From the human T2T-CHM13v2.0 reference genome, Homo sapiens: a stretch of 64,000 nucleotides of DNA. The DNA lies in NCBI RefSeq assembly GCF_009914755.1, contig NC_060938.1; one strand, written 5' to 3'. Shown one piece after another: positions 13,246 to 28,800 of the stretch. Every line of letters starts with the position of its first letter. Position 1 is the first letter of the stretch. The notes under the pieces are model-generated. The model searched no databases. It worked only from the letters and a program-made list of their open reading frames with translations, and was not told the DNA's origin. The translations under genes and the position numbers were made by a program.

Positions 13246-15264
13246 AAAAACCATTCTTAAATCCTTGTGATATACAGCCATAGAAGGAGGAACCTCACAG
13301 TTACTGAATCACAAATTTCTCCCTTGCTTCCTGGGCCCATTCCTCCCCAAAACCTAACTCAAAATAAAGTGCCCTGCCATTGTGATTTCTGCTAAATTCT
13401 CCATAGCTCTTAGCATAATGTCTTGAGGACAGAAGGAGCTCTTTGAGCATTTCTTCATTGATTGATGGATGAATCCAAGTTGCAAGAAACATCATTGGAT
13501 GTCTCTGTCTCTATGGAGCATATCCTCCTTGTCACAGTTTGAAGTTTGCCTTTATTAATTTTATCACAGGCAGGAGGGAGGATGAGCCCAAAGCAGAGAC
13601 AGACTTAAATTGTCAGGCTTCTGTACAGGATCAAAGGTAAAAGCTATACACTGAGTACAAAAGAGTCCAGTGTCAGAAGGTAGTCAGGAATTTGGCTAGC
13701 CAGAATCTAGAATGCCAGAAATAGAATCCCAGCCTGAAACTTAGAGAATGTTGAAAGGGACATAAGCTTATTAAAAACAGAATGGGAGATTGAGTTGAAA
13801 TTAGATGGTAAATAAAATGAGAAACCAGCACAACCTTCAGTATTTTCTCCTTTACATACTGGTAGCTTGAGGTCGAGTAAGCCTGGCCATGAAGTGGGGA
13901 CTGCTGAGGTCAAAGGTTTCAGAGACAGTATAAGAAAGGCCTCTTGCTTTTGATTTCATAAGGTCTAGAATCACACTGTATTTGAATACAATGAATACTT
14001 GAAGTTTTTTAGAGCAGTGTTCCCCAAAGTGTATACCAGGGAGTGCTGGTTCTGTTAATAAAGAAATGTATGTTTGGAAAAGACTGAATTACAGAAAAAT
14101 GACAAGTTTCTGAAGACTCCTTGGAACTAATGTGAGCTGCATATCTCTCTTAAGGGGTGTGTAAGCAGGATTTCCTGGATGTATCAACCTCCAAACATTT
14201 TCTTAAAGTACTTTGCAGAACCGGTATTACATGACCCATGTTTCAGGAAATGATGCTCTGAATATTATTTATATTTATGTCAGAATTGTGTTAGGATATA
14301 CTGTTCCTGCTGGTCATCGGAGCTCACCTTATGAAATTTTACAGCTGAATGAATTGGTCTTTTTGTTTGCATTTGAATGGGAAACAGCTGACTTGAAGTA
14401 GCTCTACTCGAATGGGTATTTTCATTTTGAACATATATGTATATAATTAACATTTTTTTGTCCTTATGTAGGCAGTGTTTATTAAGATGACACAAAGCAT
14501 TGAGGAAAAATTTGAAGCCCTTTCACTTTATAGCCAAGTTTAAAAGAGAATGATCAAACCTAAACTTTTGGGCAATTCAGCCTCTATTTAGCTTTGCCCT
14601 AGCCAGTGAATGACCTTGAATAACTCACCAGGCTAATGCACTCACTGAATTTCGCTTGCCTTTGTTCCAATAACTAAATTTGGATGCCTGTTTCGCTTTA
14701 AGCACAAGTAATTACATTATGTATTTTTAACCCACCAATTAGTTTTGCATAGAGCTAATGGATCTGATTATAACCTAAGAAAGAGATTTTGGCTATTTTT
14801 CTCCTTAAATATTTCATGGACAGAGACATAACTGGCAATACTGATGGAAAAGAAGTAGAAGACAAGAAGAGTGGGCTAAATCAGCACGATTTACAAATTC
14901 TTTGGGAGATATTGCATTACACTGGTACATAAGTCTCTCTTTAAGCCAATGGATGATGTCATCCTACAGTGCTATTGTAAGCAGTCACACATGTCTCTTA
15001 AGGTTTGTATATGTGTGCCTACACCAGTGCCTTAACTGAGCAGATACTCAATCAGTATTTGGGAATTATCTTTGTTATCTTAAGACTTTCATTACTTTTA
15101 TTTTTAGGTTGTATCCGGAATTGTTTTTTAATTAAAATTAATTCATGTATTAACTTGAGACTTTGTTAACTTAGTTTATATGTTTTAGATCTACAGATAC
15201 TTTTATCTATCCATACTTACATTGCTAACAACATTTCTTTTCTATTTCTCAGTGCTTTTCTCTT

Positions 15265-16320
15265 CTACTTTTAAAAAATTGTGGTAAAATGCATATAACA
15301 TAAAATTTATTACCTTAGCCATGTTGAAGTGTACAGTTCAAAGGTATTAACTACATTCATCGTATCGTGCAGCCATCACCACCATTTATCTTCATGGCTT
15401 GTTTCATCTTATAAAACTGAAAGTCTATACCATTAAACAATAACTCCCCATTTCATTCTTCCCTTAGCCCCTGGAAACCACAATTTTACTGTCTGTCTCT
15501 ATGATTTTGACTACTCTAAGTACCTCATATCAGTGGAATCATATAGTATTTATCTTTTTGTGACCATCTTATTTAATTTAGCATAATGTCCTCAAGGTTC
15601 ATCCATGTTATAGACTATATCAGATTTTCCTTCCTTTTTAAGGCTGAATAATATTCTGTCGTATGTATATACCAGATTTTGCTTATCTGTTTTGCCATTC
15701 ATCTGTTGATGGATACTTGGGTTGCTTTCATTTTTTTAGCTATTGTGAATAATGCTGCTTATGAAGATGGGGGTACAAATATCTCTTTAAGACCCTGCTT
15801 TCAATCAATTTGGGCATATACCCAAAGGGGAATTGCTAGCCCATATGGTAATTGTATTTTTAATTGTTTGAGGAACTGCCATACTGTTTTCTACAGTAGC
15901 TGTACCATTTTACATTCCCACCAACAATGCACAAAGGTTCCAATTTCTTCACATTCTTATCAACACTAATTATTTTCTGTTTGTGTGTTTTTGATAGTAC
16001 CCATACCAGTCAGTATGAGGCAATACCTTGTAGTTTTGATTTTCATTCTTCCCTAATAAGTGATGTTGAGCATCTTTTTATGTGCTTATTGGGCATTTGT
16101 ACATCTTCTTTGAAGAAATGTTTATTTGCCCATTTTTGAATTGGGCCTTTTGTTGTTATTGAGTGTTGGGAGTTTTTGATATATTCTTGATATTCATCCC
16201 TTATCAGATATATGCAAATATTCTTTCCCATTCTACAGGCTGTCTTTTTATTTTGTTGATATGGTCTTTTGATGCACAAAATTTTAAAACTTTCATAAAG
16301 TCCAATTTGTCTATTTATTC
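15265..16320 (-). mobile_element. L1M (L1MB-like) 3' end
   Basis: ttgtggtaaaatgcatataacataaaattt 3'-UTR; antisense ORF2 remnants (KWANKHFFKEDVQMPNKHIKRCSTSL). Confidence 0.88.
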
Positions 16321-16582
<262 letters not shown>

Positions 16583-16601
16583 TATTTTTTCTTGATTACT
16601 T

Positions 16602-16878
16602 CTTTCTGTTTTGTTTTAAGACAGAGTCTTGCTGTCACCCAGGCTGGTGTTCTGGACTGTGGTGTGATCTTGGCTCACTGCAACTTCCGCCTCCTGGCTT
16701 CAACCGACTCTCATGCCTCAGCATCTCGAGTAACTGGGATTAAAGGCATGTGCCACTGCAACCAGATAATTTTTTGTATTTTTAGTAGAGGTGGAGTTTG
16801 ACTGTGTTTGCTAGGCTGGTCTCGAGCTCCTGTTTTCAAATGATCTGCCCACCTCACCTCCCAAAGTGCTGGGATTAC
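16602..16878 (-). mobile_element. Alu, 5'-truncated
   Basis: Ends at gggattac; TSD cttgattactt. Confidence 0.9.
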
Positions 16879-19800
16879 CTTGATTACTTTTTGAATAATA
16901 AAAAACGATATTATTTAGTTCAAGTGACTGCTTCACAGTCTGAATCCAAGATGCTATTTTTAAAAGTTCTGTCCTCATAAAGAGAAATATTCTAAATCTT
17001 GTAGTAACCTTGCCTGAACACAGAGATCCTGTTATAAGCCTTGTTATATTTAAATATATATAAATCTTGTCATATTTTAACAGGGTTAAATATAAATCTT
17101 GTTATGCGATCCCTATGAAGCGATAGGCAGATACTTTAAAAAAATATACATATAGACTGAGAATCTCAGTTTAAAAGTACAGAGACTTCTTTGGGTTCAA
17201 GATCAGTTTTTCTCCACGTATTTCTCTGTAAAATTCAGTTGAGGAGTAAATACACAAGGAAGCTGCCAGTTCTTTCTTTCCTGGACTTGAAATTTCTGGA
17301 GGGTGGAGGGACAAAAAATGTTGACTTGCTTGTTAGCCAGAGCTCAGCAAGGGAGTACTAAACAAAGTGAGAGGCTCAATAAATACCTTTTATTCTGCTT
17401 AACTGTAGTGTAAAAACTGTCAGGCCGATATACTCCTCTGCCTTCTTATAAATCTAAGTTTTTCTTTAAAATTTTTATGTTATTTTGCACATTTGACACA
17501 GAGAAAAATCATATTCTTCAGGCTTTTTTTTGTATTTTAAAAAATTAAATGAATAAATAAAACTCTTACCTTATAGACTCCAGTTTAATTGAATGCAGTC
17601 CCAACTGCTCTTATTTAAAACTGGTCAGCTGAATGTTAATGAAATATTCTAGATTATTCATTTTCAGGCATATGAAGTATCATTTCTTGTTTAGGAAACT
17701 CAGTCAGAGGACCTCGAGTATCCAAATCAGTGTCTGAATCATACGGAACTATTAACAATGATAAGATTAGGCCAAAGAGCACAATGAATAGAGTTATGAC
17801 AAGCAGAATTTGTCTGAGATTCATTTGCGTTTGGCTGCAAATGACTAAGTAAGACCAACAGTAGCAATGTCATGAGATGATTGTGAAGCATTAACTGGAA
17901 AATTATAAATAGATGATTTCTAGAGGCTATTGAAAAGGACCAGTTGTTTCTGAGTGTCATGTCAATTATGAGAAACTATTGCTAACAAAGAGAAAGAATG
18001 AAAAATTAAAAAGCATAGGGGACAATTACCTTCCAAACGTCTGAATCACTCTTGGATGGCAGCCAGCTGCTCAAGTGCTGGGATGTTAAAGTTTTATCCA
18101 AGAGGGCAAAGGAGGGCAAAAAGTGAAAGGCTCAGAAAGCATGACCCTGCTTAGAAACTGCTGCTTCCTTCCTAACACATCACAGCTAGACTTTGGTTAG
18201 TGGTGAGTAATAAAAGCAAATGGCTGATGGGTCTTTGCTTTATCTTAGGCCTTAGCACTCTCATGGCAGAGGGGAGAGAATATGGGTTGACCTATTATAA
18301 TGTTCAGCATTCCGTCCCTTATATTCCTGTGACTTAGAGACACACCTAAATTTTAAAAAAAATCTTGTTTCTGTCTTTGCTGGATGGAAGAGTTGGCAAA
18401 GTATCTGGTAATATTTAATCTATAACTAATTTTCTAGGGTTGATGAAGGACCTACTGGATTCTTTTTAGAGGCATTTCAGTCATTAGCTCTTACTCAGCG
18501 GTTCTCATTGTTGCTATTTATTTCATTGAGCAAGATAATAAATAATTATTTAAAAAGAGACAAATTGATTGAAGGTGAATTTGTATTGAGCTGGTTTGTG
18601 TCCCATGCTTTTATTATCTACCAGCTTAAACAGAACAAAAATATTTATAAGCTCGTACTGTCTAGTTTCCACTAGAAAATACGCATTTTATGTAACAAAT
18701 TATTTATCTATGATATGTAACTTAAATTACTTGTTCTAGGGATTATTTTTCAAAATACCAATTCATCTTGAAGCAATTCATACTTTATCAAGCATTCACC
18801 TTCAATTTAGGTGGCTAATTAAGCTGAAATGCTTGACTGTAATGAAATTGATGCATTTTAAGCAAAACCATTAGAAAATATTTGAAATAATAGGTTCTAC
18901 CTTGCTGAAATTGTTTCTTTGAAAAGCCGACATAGTAGAAGACCTTTATTATTCTTTCTGTAATAAAGAATATTCAGAGGGAGGATCTCTGATCACATCA
19001 AATCTCTGGATATTAACAGCCCTTGCTATCTCTTGTTAGTATTTTAAAATCTGACATCAGAGTCTTCTAAGGCAAACTCTTTTTACATGTCTGGGAGTCT
19101 ATAGTGAGTAGGAAATAATAGTGAATAGGAATAATGCTTTTGAAAATCGTGCTCTTTATGAAAGTTCATCACCCATGAAATGTCTTCTGTTTATGAAAGA
19201 ACAGCAGTGTGAGTAGTTATTTGATGTGTTCTCATGTTGCAGTATGAACAGCAAAAACAAATGTAATATTAGCTGACAGATGTGGCTTAACGTATTATTT
19301 GATATCTCAGCCTGATTCAATTGTCTTAAAAAATAAAAGTTATTCACTCCACAATATATCTACTCATGGGGCAGATACTGAAATAACCTTACTTTCAACT
19401 TGATCACTTAATCACCTGTGGTTTTCATCCTGAGATCAGGCTTATTTCACAGGAAGCAGTTCTTTCTTGAAGGGATTGAATGAAGCAAATGCAACCTCAT
19501 TATTGATTTGAGTCACAGTGAGCATTTTGTATTAAAAAAAAATACAATGTTTTAGGAGTGGATAGACACAATTTTGAAATTTTAGCATTTTAAATTTAAT
19601 ATCAACCAAGTTGTACCCCACCCAGTCTTATGACATTCTCTACAAAAACAAAAACAAAAACAAAAACAAAAGAAAAAAAACAAAAAATAATGATTTTCAT
19701 AGTAAAGTAGATTTTGGAACTAATGCACTCTATCTCCTTATCCTCCATTTGGAAATGCTCAATGTACCTGAGAGTGTTAAAACCCTGTCCTGTAATAAAG

Positions 19801-20669
19801 AAGTTCTTTCATTTTTTAATCTAGGTATTTTTTAAGCTTTATGTTTGCATACAAATAGTTAAATCATATAATTCTGAGGTTTCTTAACATACACAACAGT
19901 CTCCAGCCTCTCTTCTTTTCCATTTCCCATTCTCCAGAGGCAACACTTTTCATCTTTTAGCTGATACTTTTGGTAACTACCTCTATCTTGAAACAATAGG
20001 ATGGTATGGCTACTCCCTGAGTATTTTTTTTCCTTAGCTTTATCTATTTACCTCTCACTGTAAAAGATGAGAATTTATGTAGCTCATTCCCCTACCCTGT
20101 CTCTCTCTTTCTCTCACTTTCTCATAGGTATGCACTTGCACATGCACACAATTCCCATCCCTCCTTTCTTCCTATAAAACTATGTCATGATTTTGGGTTA
20201 TTGCAGCATTTAGTGTTTAAATTATTAACACTATTTAAGTGCAGTTGGTAGCTATATCACAAAGAGGAATATGATTTTTGTTCTATTTTTCCAACAACTT
20301 TTGGTTTCTCTCTGGAATTTATAATTATTATTGTGTGCTTAGTTTTCTATGTGTTTATCTCCAGTTCAACCCCCAATTCTCTACTAGTTGGGTAAATCTC
20401 TTCTGAGTATGTTCATTTACATCAGATTTTCTCTCAACATCATCTGTTTGAAGCAGTCTTGACAGGAGCCTTCTGACCTGTTGTAGTCTGGACTGGAAGC
20501 CCTTCTTGCCTAGTATACCGCCGCCCTTTTGGGATTTCCCTTCCTCTTCACTCTGGGGAGGTGGGCCTCCTGTTGCTTCATCCTGTGCCTACTTCTTTCT
20601 TGCTTTACTCCTTTGTTTTGGCAGAGCATAGCCTCTGGTATCTTTTAAGAAAAGTGTGCAGGAGATTGA

Positions 20670-20671
<2 letters not shown>

Positions 20672-20715
<44 letters not shown>

Positions 20716-20720
20716 TGTGT
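20672..20720. repeat. (TG)n microsatellite
   Basis: About 20 perfect TG units plus an interrupted tail. Confidence 0.97.
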
Positions 20721-21939
20721 CTGAAAATACCTTTATTCTACCCTCTCATTGATTATTAGTCTATATTATTCTTGGTATGAAATTCTAGGTTAGAATTATT
20801 TTTCTTTCTTATGTAAAACAAATTGTCTTCTGGCTTTTAATGTTGCTGTTGAGAAATCCAAATCAATCTGATTTATCATCCTTTGTATATGCCTCTACTT
20901 CCACCCCAAAGCTTACTTCCCTGCATCTTCTGAGGTTTCAAATAATGTGACTTTGGTGTGTGTCTATTTTTAGTGCACTAGGCAGGTCTTTTAAATTTGG
21001 CAACTCATGTCCTTCATTTTCTTGAAAGATTTCATTGACGATTCCTCCTTTCTCTTTCCTCTTGCCTTCAGGAACTCCTTTCCTCTAGAAGTTGGACCTC
21101 CTGCAATAGTCACTAATTATCTTACCTTTTCTCTCCTAATTTATATCTATTTACCTTTTTACTTTACATTCTGTGAGATTTCCTCAACTTTATTTTTAGC
21201 TATTATATTGTGATTTTCATTTTTGCTATTATACATACTTTTATTTTCCCAGAGTCCTTTTTTTGTTCCGCAAATATTTCTTTTGAAATATAGCATCTTT
21301 TTCTTATTTTATGGATATAATATCTTATCTCTGATAATCTTTCTTTTTTACCGAAATCATATTTTCCATGGATGGTGTGTTTCCTCCAGGTTGAGATTTT
21401 TGTTGCTTGCTGTGACTCTGTTATACAAATTGGAGCTTTCCCTAAATCTCTGCTAATCCTTGACTGCCCGCTCATATTTAGGAGTAAAAGACTAGAAAGC
21501 TGATTGGATGCTCTGAATGTGTAGGTGGGCCTGTTGACTGAATGTCACTGTAGGGTAATCTGGATGTGCCAATTTCAGTATCTTGTCTTCTTGGACTGAT
21601 CAGATCTCCTAGAGAGGGAACCTCTAGTCTCTCGACTGGAGGGTTAAGGAATTGCTCCCAGTGTATGAGGAGCCAAATCAGGGAAGAGGGCTGGGGATCT
21701 CAACATTCAGAATGTCTGCATTAATTGAATCCTCCTGTTTTCAGAATACTCCTCAACTATGCATGGCATCTGCCAGTCCAGAGACCCTGTGATTCATTCT
21801 TTCTAGGTAATAAACCTCCAGTCTTCTGTCTGAACTGGGGGTGGAAGCAACTACCCAGCAACACAGAGTAAGGAGAGACCTATAGTTCTAGCTGATTTTT
21901 AAACATTTTTAAAAATCAAGATTAATCTTCTTAACATAT

Positions 21940-22628
21940 GATTGTCTCTTTATCTGGAGTTAGGCCAAGCTTGAGGTTAAGGGCACAGACCTCCAAGACT
22001 AACAGTTCTGCCCAAGATTTCTGATGCCAGTTGCAAATTTGGGGGTCCCCAGGGCCATCCTCACTTCAGACCAACTGGCTATAAAGTTGAGAGTTCACAC
22101 AGACTCTCTCAGATTTGATAATACACTAGAACAACTCATAGAACTCAGGAAAGTGCTATTACTTATCATTACAGTTTTATTGTAGCAAAAGGATACAAAT
22201 AAGAGCCAGCCACAGGAAGGAACATGTAGGGAAGAATCTGGGGCTGGGAGAAATCTTCCAGGCCCTCAGGGATGTATTACCCTTCTGTTGTTGATGTGTG
22301 ACAATGCACATGGAATACCACCAATTTGGGAAGCTTGTCTAAGCTTCAATGTCCATAGTTTTTATTGGGGCTTCATTACATAGGCATGATTGATTGAATC
22401 ACCACCCACATGGTTGCCCAAAGCCTCAACCCTTTGACCACATGGTTGGTCCTTCTGTCTGGCCAGCCCTCATTCTGAGTCACCTTATTAGCATACACTT
22501 ATCAGGTATAGTCTAAGGGGCCCATCATAATTAACTCAGATATTCCTAACACTTGGGAAATGCCAGCTCCTGGGAGCTGGGGCAAAGGCCCAACTTTTCT
22601 TTAGATAAAGGTAATTCTTCCCTACACA
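21940..22628 (-). mobile_element. MER21-like LTR
   Basis: Reverse strand starts TGTGTAGGGAAGAATTACC; internal ctagaacaactcatagaactcaggaaagtgct motif. Confidence 0.7.
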
Positions 22629-22952
22629 CCCCTCCATCTCTACTTCCAGAGGTACCTGGTTCCATCAATTTCAAAATACTTTAAGGATTCTGAAGTAAAA
22701 ATCAGGTTGGTTCTTTGTTCTCTGTACTGCTGTCTTAAGATTTAGTTTTTGTGAGTTGGTTAAGTCATTTATCATTTATTCATCTAATTTCTGGCTTCCA
22801 AAATACTGTTTTTCTTCCTATTCTTGAGTGGTTATATTTAACAAAAAACTTTTTTCAGTAGTGTTAGTAGGGTTTCTGGAAGGAGAAAAATTAGGTCTGT
22901 GTATTCAGTTGGCCATCTTTAATCAGAAATTGCCCAGGCCTCTCCCAATTAA

Positions 22953-23264
22953 TTTTTTGTGTGTTTGTTTTTTGAGATAGGGTCTCACTTTGTCACCCAG
23001 GCTGGAATACAGTGGTGAGATCACAGTTCACTGCAGCCTTGACCTCTTGGGATCAGATGATCCTCCCACCTCAGCCTCCCTGGTATCTGGGACTACGGGT
23101 ACATGCCACCACGCCTGGCTAAGTTTTTGTATTTTTGTGTGTGTGTGTGGAGATGGGGTTTTATTATGTTTTCCAGGCTGGTCTTGAACTCCTGGGCTTA
23201 ATTGATCCCCCACCTTCATCTCCTGAAGTGCTGGGATTACAGGCATGAGCCACCATGCCTAGCC
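22953..23264 (-). mobile_element. AluJ
   Basis: Full dimer; (TG)n in the middle linker. Confidence 0.92.
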
Positions 23265-24279
23265 ATAACTTATTTTTATTAACAACTTTTTTGTAGAATA
23301 CTTATTAACACCTGGTAAATGCTAAATTAGCAAATACTTCTATATTGCTGAATTGTAATACAGGTAACTAATTCAGACTTCAGAATCTTTCAAGATGACC
23401 CTTCTCTTAGGGCTGATTTTCTTCCTACTTTACATATTGAGGTCACAACATATAAATAGCTACTTATCGCTTGTTGACTGTGGGGAATGTGGGGCTAAAG
23501 AGGGATCTTTTATCTTCAATCTTGCCTATTTTTACAACGTTTTAACTAATATTTATATATTACTCTTTAATTAATTTAGAAATAATTTTAGAACAAGAAA
23601 AAAAGTAGAAACATTGCATGAAATGATCCTTAAAATTTTTCCACTTCAAATCTATAATGCTAAGATTGTGAGTAGGGTTAATGGATAACTAAAAATGGAG
23701 AATTCTTTTTATATTTAATGGAGTAGGTAGGACAGAGTGCAGAACTCTTTTAATCATTTTGATCCAAAAGTCAAACTTGTATTCATTCTCTTTCTCTATC
23801 TTTTCTTTCTGGGCTAGGAAGAGGTTTTTAAGGTTACACTTTGTGTTAATAAAGTCTTTGCTTGGAAAAGTGGATGTTGATCCTCTCATAATGCTGATTT
23901 CTTATTTCATTTTCTTGGTAAATAAGAGTGCATGTATTGACTTTCCTGTACCATTCTAGGATACAACTGTAATTGAATTATTCTTTTTTGACAATCTTTT
24001 TAGAATTCTTGCTCCCTGAAAGATTTATTCCAAACTCCATAACATGGCATTCTCATCCCTCTTATAATATGGCAGCAACTTACCTTGTAGCTTAATCTGT
24101 TTCTTGGCCCCATCAAGCTTCCTGTTCCCTTCAACACTCAATTATCTGCTGATTCTCCCAGCTTCTTGGTGTTGACGTATCTTTATCCATGCAGTTTCCC
24201 CAGCCTAGAATTCCTTCACCTCCCTTCCATCTCTGCTTATTTAAATAAGACCCTTTTTCTCTTTAAAAAAAAATTTGTT

Positions 24280-25892
24280 TTGTTTATTTTTAACTTTTAT
24301 TTTAAGTTCAGGGGTACAAGTGCAGGTCTGTTATATAGGAAAATTTGTGTCATTGGGGTTTGTTGTACAGATTATTTCATCACCCATGTATTAAGCCTAG
24401 TATCCATTAGTTATTTTTCCTGATACTCTCCCTCCCCCTACTCTCTACCCTCTGAAAGGCCCCAGTGTATATTGTTCATCTCAGTGTGTCCATGTGTCCT
24501 CATCATTTAGCTCCCACTTATAAGTGAGAACATGCAGTATTTGGTTTTCTGTTCATGTGTTAATTTGTTAAGGATAATGACCTCCAGCTCCATCCACGTC
24601 CCTGCAAAGGACATGATCTTATTCTTTTCTATGGCTGCATAGTACTCCATGGTATATATGTACCTCATTTTCTTTATCCAGTCTATCATTGATGGGCATT
24701 TAGGTTGATTCCATGTCTTTGCTATTGTGAATAGTGCTGCAATGAACATATGCATGTATGTGTCTTTATAATAGAATGAATTATATTCTTTTGGGTATAG
24801 GATTGCTGGGTCAAATAGTATTTCTGTCATTAGGTCTTTGAGGAATCACCACATTGACTTCCTCTATGGCTGAAGTAATTTACACTCCCACCAACAGTGT
24901 ATAAGTGTTCCTTTTTCTCCACAACCTCACCAGCATCTGTTATTTTTTTTGACGTTTTAGTAATAGCCATTCTGACTGGTGTCAGATGGTGTCTCATTTT
25001 GTTTTTGATTTGCATTTCTCTAATGATCAGTGATGTTGAGCTTTTTTTCATATGATTGTTGGCCACATGTATACCTTCTTTTGAAAAGTGTCTGTTCATT
25101 GGCTGGATGCGGTGGCTTGTGCCTATAATTCCAGCACTTTGGGAAGTCAAGGTGGGCCAATAGCTAGGAGTTTGAGACCAGCCTGGGCAACATGGTGACA
25201 CCCTGTCTCTCCAAAAATCACAAAAATTAGACAGGTGTGGTGGTGTGTGCCTGTGGTCATAGCTACTTGGGAGGCTGAGGTGGGAGGATCATGTGAACCC
25301 AGGAGGAAGAGGTGCAGTGAGCTGAGATTGTGCCACTGCATCCCAGCCAGGGCAACAGAGGAAAGAAAGAAAGAGAGAAAGAGAAAGGAGGGAAGGAGGG
25401 AAGGAAGGAAGGAGAGGAATGAAGGAGAGGAAGGAAGGAAGGAAGGAAGCTGTTCATATCCTTTGCTCATTTTTAATGGGGTTGTTTTTCTCTTGTAAGT
25501 TTGTTTAAGTTTCTTATAGATGCTGGATAGTAGACCTTTGTTAGATGCATAGTTTGCAAAAATTTTCTCCCATTCAGTAGGCTGTCCATTTACTCTGTTA
25601 ATAGTTTCTTTTGCTGTGCAGATGTTGTTCAGTTTAATTGGATCCCATTTGTCAATTTTTGCTATTGTTGCAATTGCTTTTGGTGTCTTCATCATGAAAT
25701 CTTTGCCCATGCCTATGTCCTGAATAGTATTGCCTAGGTTGTCTCCAGGGTTTTTATAGTTTTAGGTTTTACATTTAAGTCTTTAATTCATCTTGAGTTA
25801 ATTTTTGAATATGGTGTTAGGAAGGGTCCAGTTTTGATCTTCTGCATATGGCTAGCCAGTTATCCCAGCACCATTTATTAAGTAGGGAATCC
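24280..25892 (-). mobile_element. 5'-truncated L1PA (older primate subfamily), interrupted by an Alu
   Basis: ORF2 C-terminal peptides ([35 protein letters not shown]); degenerate TSD agaccctttt / agacccatttt. Confidence 0.93.
25101..25449 (+). mobile_element. AluJ with tail converted to (GAAA)/(GGAA) repeat, nested in L1
   Basis: Alu body to about 25360, purine tract to 25449, TSD core ctgttcat on both sides. Confidence 0.9.
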
Positions 25893-28800
25893 CAGACCCA
25901 TTTTTATAAGCCATCTGAAATGTTACCTTCTCTAGTAAAGGTTCGCACTTATCTTTCCTTTACTCAGGATTAATGACACCCCTGGGGCCTTACTGGGCTT
26001 TTGTTTGTTTGTTTTTGCCCTTCATGTATTTGAGCATAGCCTGTTGGTGCAGTAGGTGTGAGTATGTGTTTGGGTTAGGGAGAGAGGGGGAGAGGAGAGA
26101 CAGAGGTGTGAGAAAGAGATTGTTTCTATAAAGTTATAATTTCCTTGAGGGTGAATATGAAGAGTCACATATACATAGAATACCTTTTATATAGTTGATT
26201 TTCAGTAATGTCTGTTGATTTAAATTCTAACCACTAAATGTCAGTTGATTTGAAATGAATCTTGTTTCATTTCCTTTACCTTAATAGCATTGACAAAGGC
26301 AACAACTGTACAAATTATATATTAAAGTTTTACAAATCCAGTCTCTGTCATGACAATTTCTTGAACAATAGAAAGGTGACTGCCTAATGCTTAAAGGTGA
26401 TTTTTAGCAACTTGGGATGAGGGTGAGAAGTATGAATGCTCATTAGTGTTCACTGAGTCCAGGTCCACATATTGATGACCGTGGGTGCCACTGCGGCTGC
26501 CTGCCTGAAGCAGTCAAATGAATCTCTCTGTGACAGGAAATGACTGCTGTAGAGGAGGAAAGAAAATACAGGAGGCATGATGACTATCTGAGTCAATCTG
26601 GATATCCCTGCCATGGGAAGATCTGAATAATTGGGGAGAGGGGTAGGAGGAAGGTTTGAGGGGAGAAGATGATTGATTAAGTGTGTTATGGTTGACAGCA
26701 GACTGTGTTCTGGGCAAGGGAGTTAGCGGGTATTTGAGGAAAGACCCAGGAGATGGTGCGTGGTCTCTAAGTGATTAGCAGAATGTAATCACCCATCTGC
26801 CGAGGGGCACAGCTGTACAAAAGGAAATATTCAAGAGGGGAAAGGAGAGAGAGAAACACCAGTGATAACACCGAGATCTTTTAAATTATGGAAATCTGTT
26901 TGGGCTCCCCTATTGACGTGCTGTTTCCCCCCTGGGGCACTTGCAGTCCTTCTCCTCACTGACATCCACTTGTAGGCTGGCCTGTTATTGCAAGAGGATT
27001 AGAAAGTGAGATTAATCTGGGGCTACTGCAGTGATCTCACTAAACAGTGTTACTCTGCGTGAGTGCTGGAGGGCATTGGGGTGGGCAGGGAAAGAGAGCA
27101 AAGGAGGAGAAGGCATCAGGCAGCAATTATGGACATTTCCTTAGGAGCATCTTACAGAAGCCACTTTAACTTTTTCCCTAAGTACAGATTTAACTTAATA
27201 CTTGGCAGCAACTCTTTGCCTCTTCTATTTAAGAGCTGAAAGCCATTTAAAGTTTCCCAGCTCTTGACCCAACAAAAGGCCTGGGAGGTAGGCAGGCAGC
27301 AAGATTTAAAACTAAGTGACGAACTAGATCCTCATTCATCTGGCTAGGCAGTGGCATTTAATTAACCAATTTATTAAATTTGTTTTTGTGTTTTCTTTGC
27401 AAAGCCCAATCTGGTATCCTGGAATCATATACAGGGTACACCTCTGGAGTTTCTTTCTCCTTAATGCAATCAAATCATGAGAGCTAACCTTAGACAAAAA
27501 TTGAAACAGGCCAGAGGATTTTTTTATTTCTAAATTCAGTGTCTATATGAATAGGTTCTATGAAGAGTGGTTATAAAAATGTAAGAGAAGAAATGAAGTG
27601 GGAGAAAAAGGAAACTTATGTGATGCTTAATATAATTTTTTCTACCTCTGTTCTGTAATAAGTGCTATGTAGCAAGCACATCTGTTAATTTGACTAGAAT
27701 TATGCTTTAATCACTTGCTTATATTTTCAGGATAAGCAGGGCACAGAAAGACTGAGAATAAGAATTTAGGCTTAGAGTTGATTTACATGATGAAAAGACT
27801 GCCTCTCAAATTGTACTCATGATAATGCTCTTACATGGAAAGAACAGTTTCTTGCTGAGACAGAGCAGGAATCTATTTGGCTGAAGTTGGCTTTGTCAGC
27901 TAGTCATGTTAACACAGTACTATTAATTTATCCTGCTTTAAGATTGCTGGGGTTTTTGAGAGTAAAGTCTTGATTCTTCTGAACCATGACTGGAAGCGCT
28001 CTGTCCACCCAAAGACTCTTTTCCATAGTGATCCTTGTTTTGGCAACTGTCTCCTTTTTCTCGGTCCACTCATCACTGCTTGTTTGCAAAAGGTCTGCCT
28101 ATGACTGCACAATCCTGGAGCTTATACATTAGCTTCCAAATAGGGACTGCATAGCAGCCCTCTCTGCACAAGAGATTTAGGCCACCAAGAGAGTATGAAG
28201 CTGGTACTCTATACTGGCACCAGTGTCCTGCCAGCATGGTGCAGCCCCGACACTGGCCTTCATATTGTTTGGCCACAAGAAGAGAAACACCGGGGAGAGG
28301 AGGAGCCAAATGATTAATCCTGAAGGGCCATTAGGGAAAAAACCATTTACAGTGAGTACAATAGGCAAGATACCCGGCTTTTCTGTTCTTTTATTTAAGA
28401 GAGAAAATTGTAAAAGAAAGGAGAGAGAGGTGGGAAGCTTTGATGGCGATGTAGCTGAACTTTTTTGTCTCCTGATTTGGTCGAATGAACTTTTCTGATT
28501 TAAATGTGTTTGTTTATTCAAGTCGAATGCATTCTGCTAGCGTCAAGCTCCAACCCAAAACTTGTGGACATGAGATCGCAGAAACAGTCCTTGTTAGTAA
28601 GCCATCCATGGCATGTTTCTATAGGATGATAAATAGAATAAGGTGGAAAAACCCTTTTATAATTAAAAAAAAAGCCTTAAAATCATTACTGCTTTCAGCT
28701 ATTGCACTTTAATTATTGCCTCTTCTTTGGATTTGTGTAAAGGAAGGGATTTGATGGATGTTATTTTTAACAGCAGCTGGGATAAAGGTGGTATTATCGC

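Larger units (their letters stand above)
19850..22930 (-). mobile_element. Long degenerate HAL1/L1M-like element interrupted by (TG)n and an LTR
   Basis: T-rich antisense ORF1-like sequence (gttgctgttgagaaatc, ttggagctttccctaaatct) ending in ggccatctt (reverse YY1 site) near 22911-22919. Confidence 0.5.

Noticed and set aside
24507-25710. 107-187-aa ORFs
   Set aside because: Broken L1 ORF2 and Alu chimeras.
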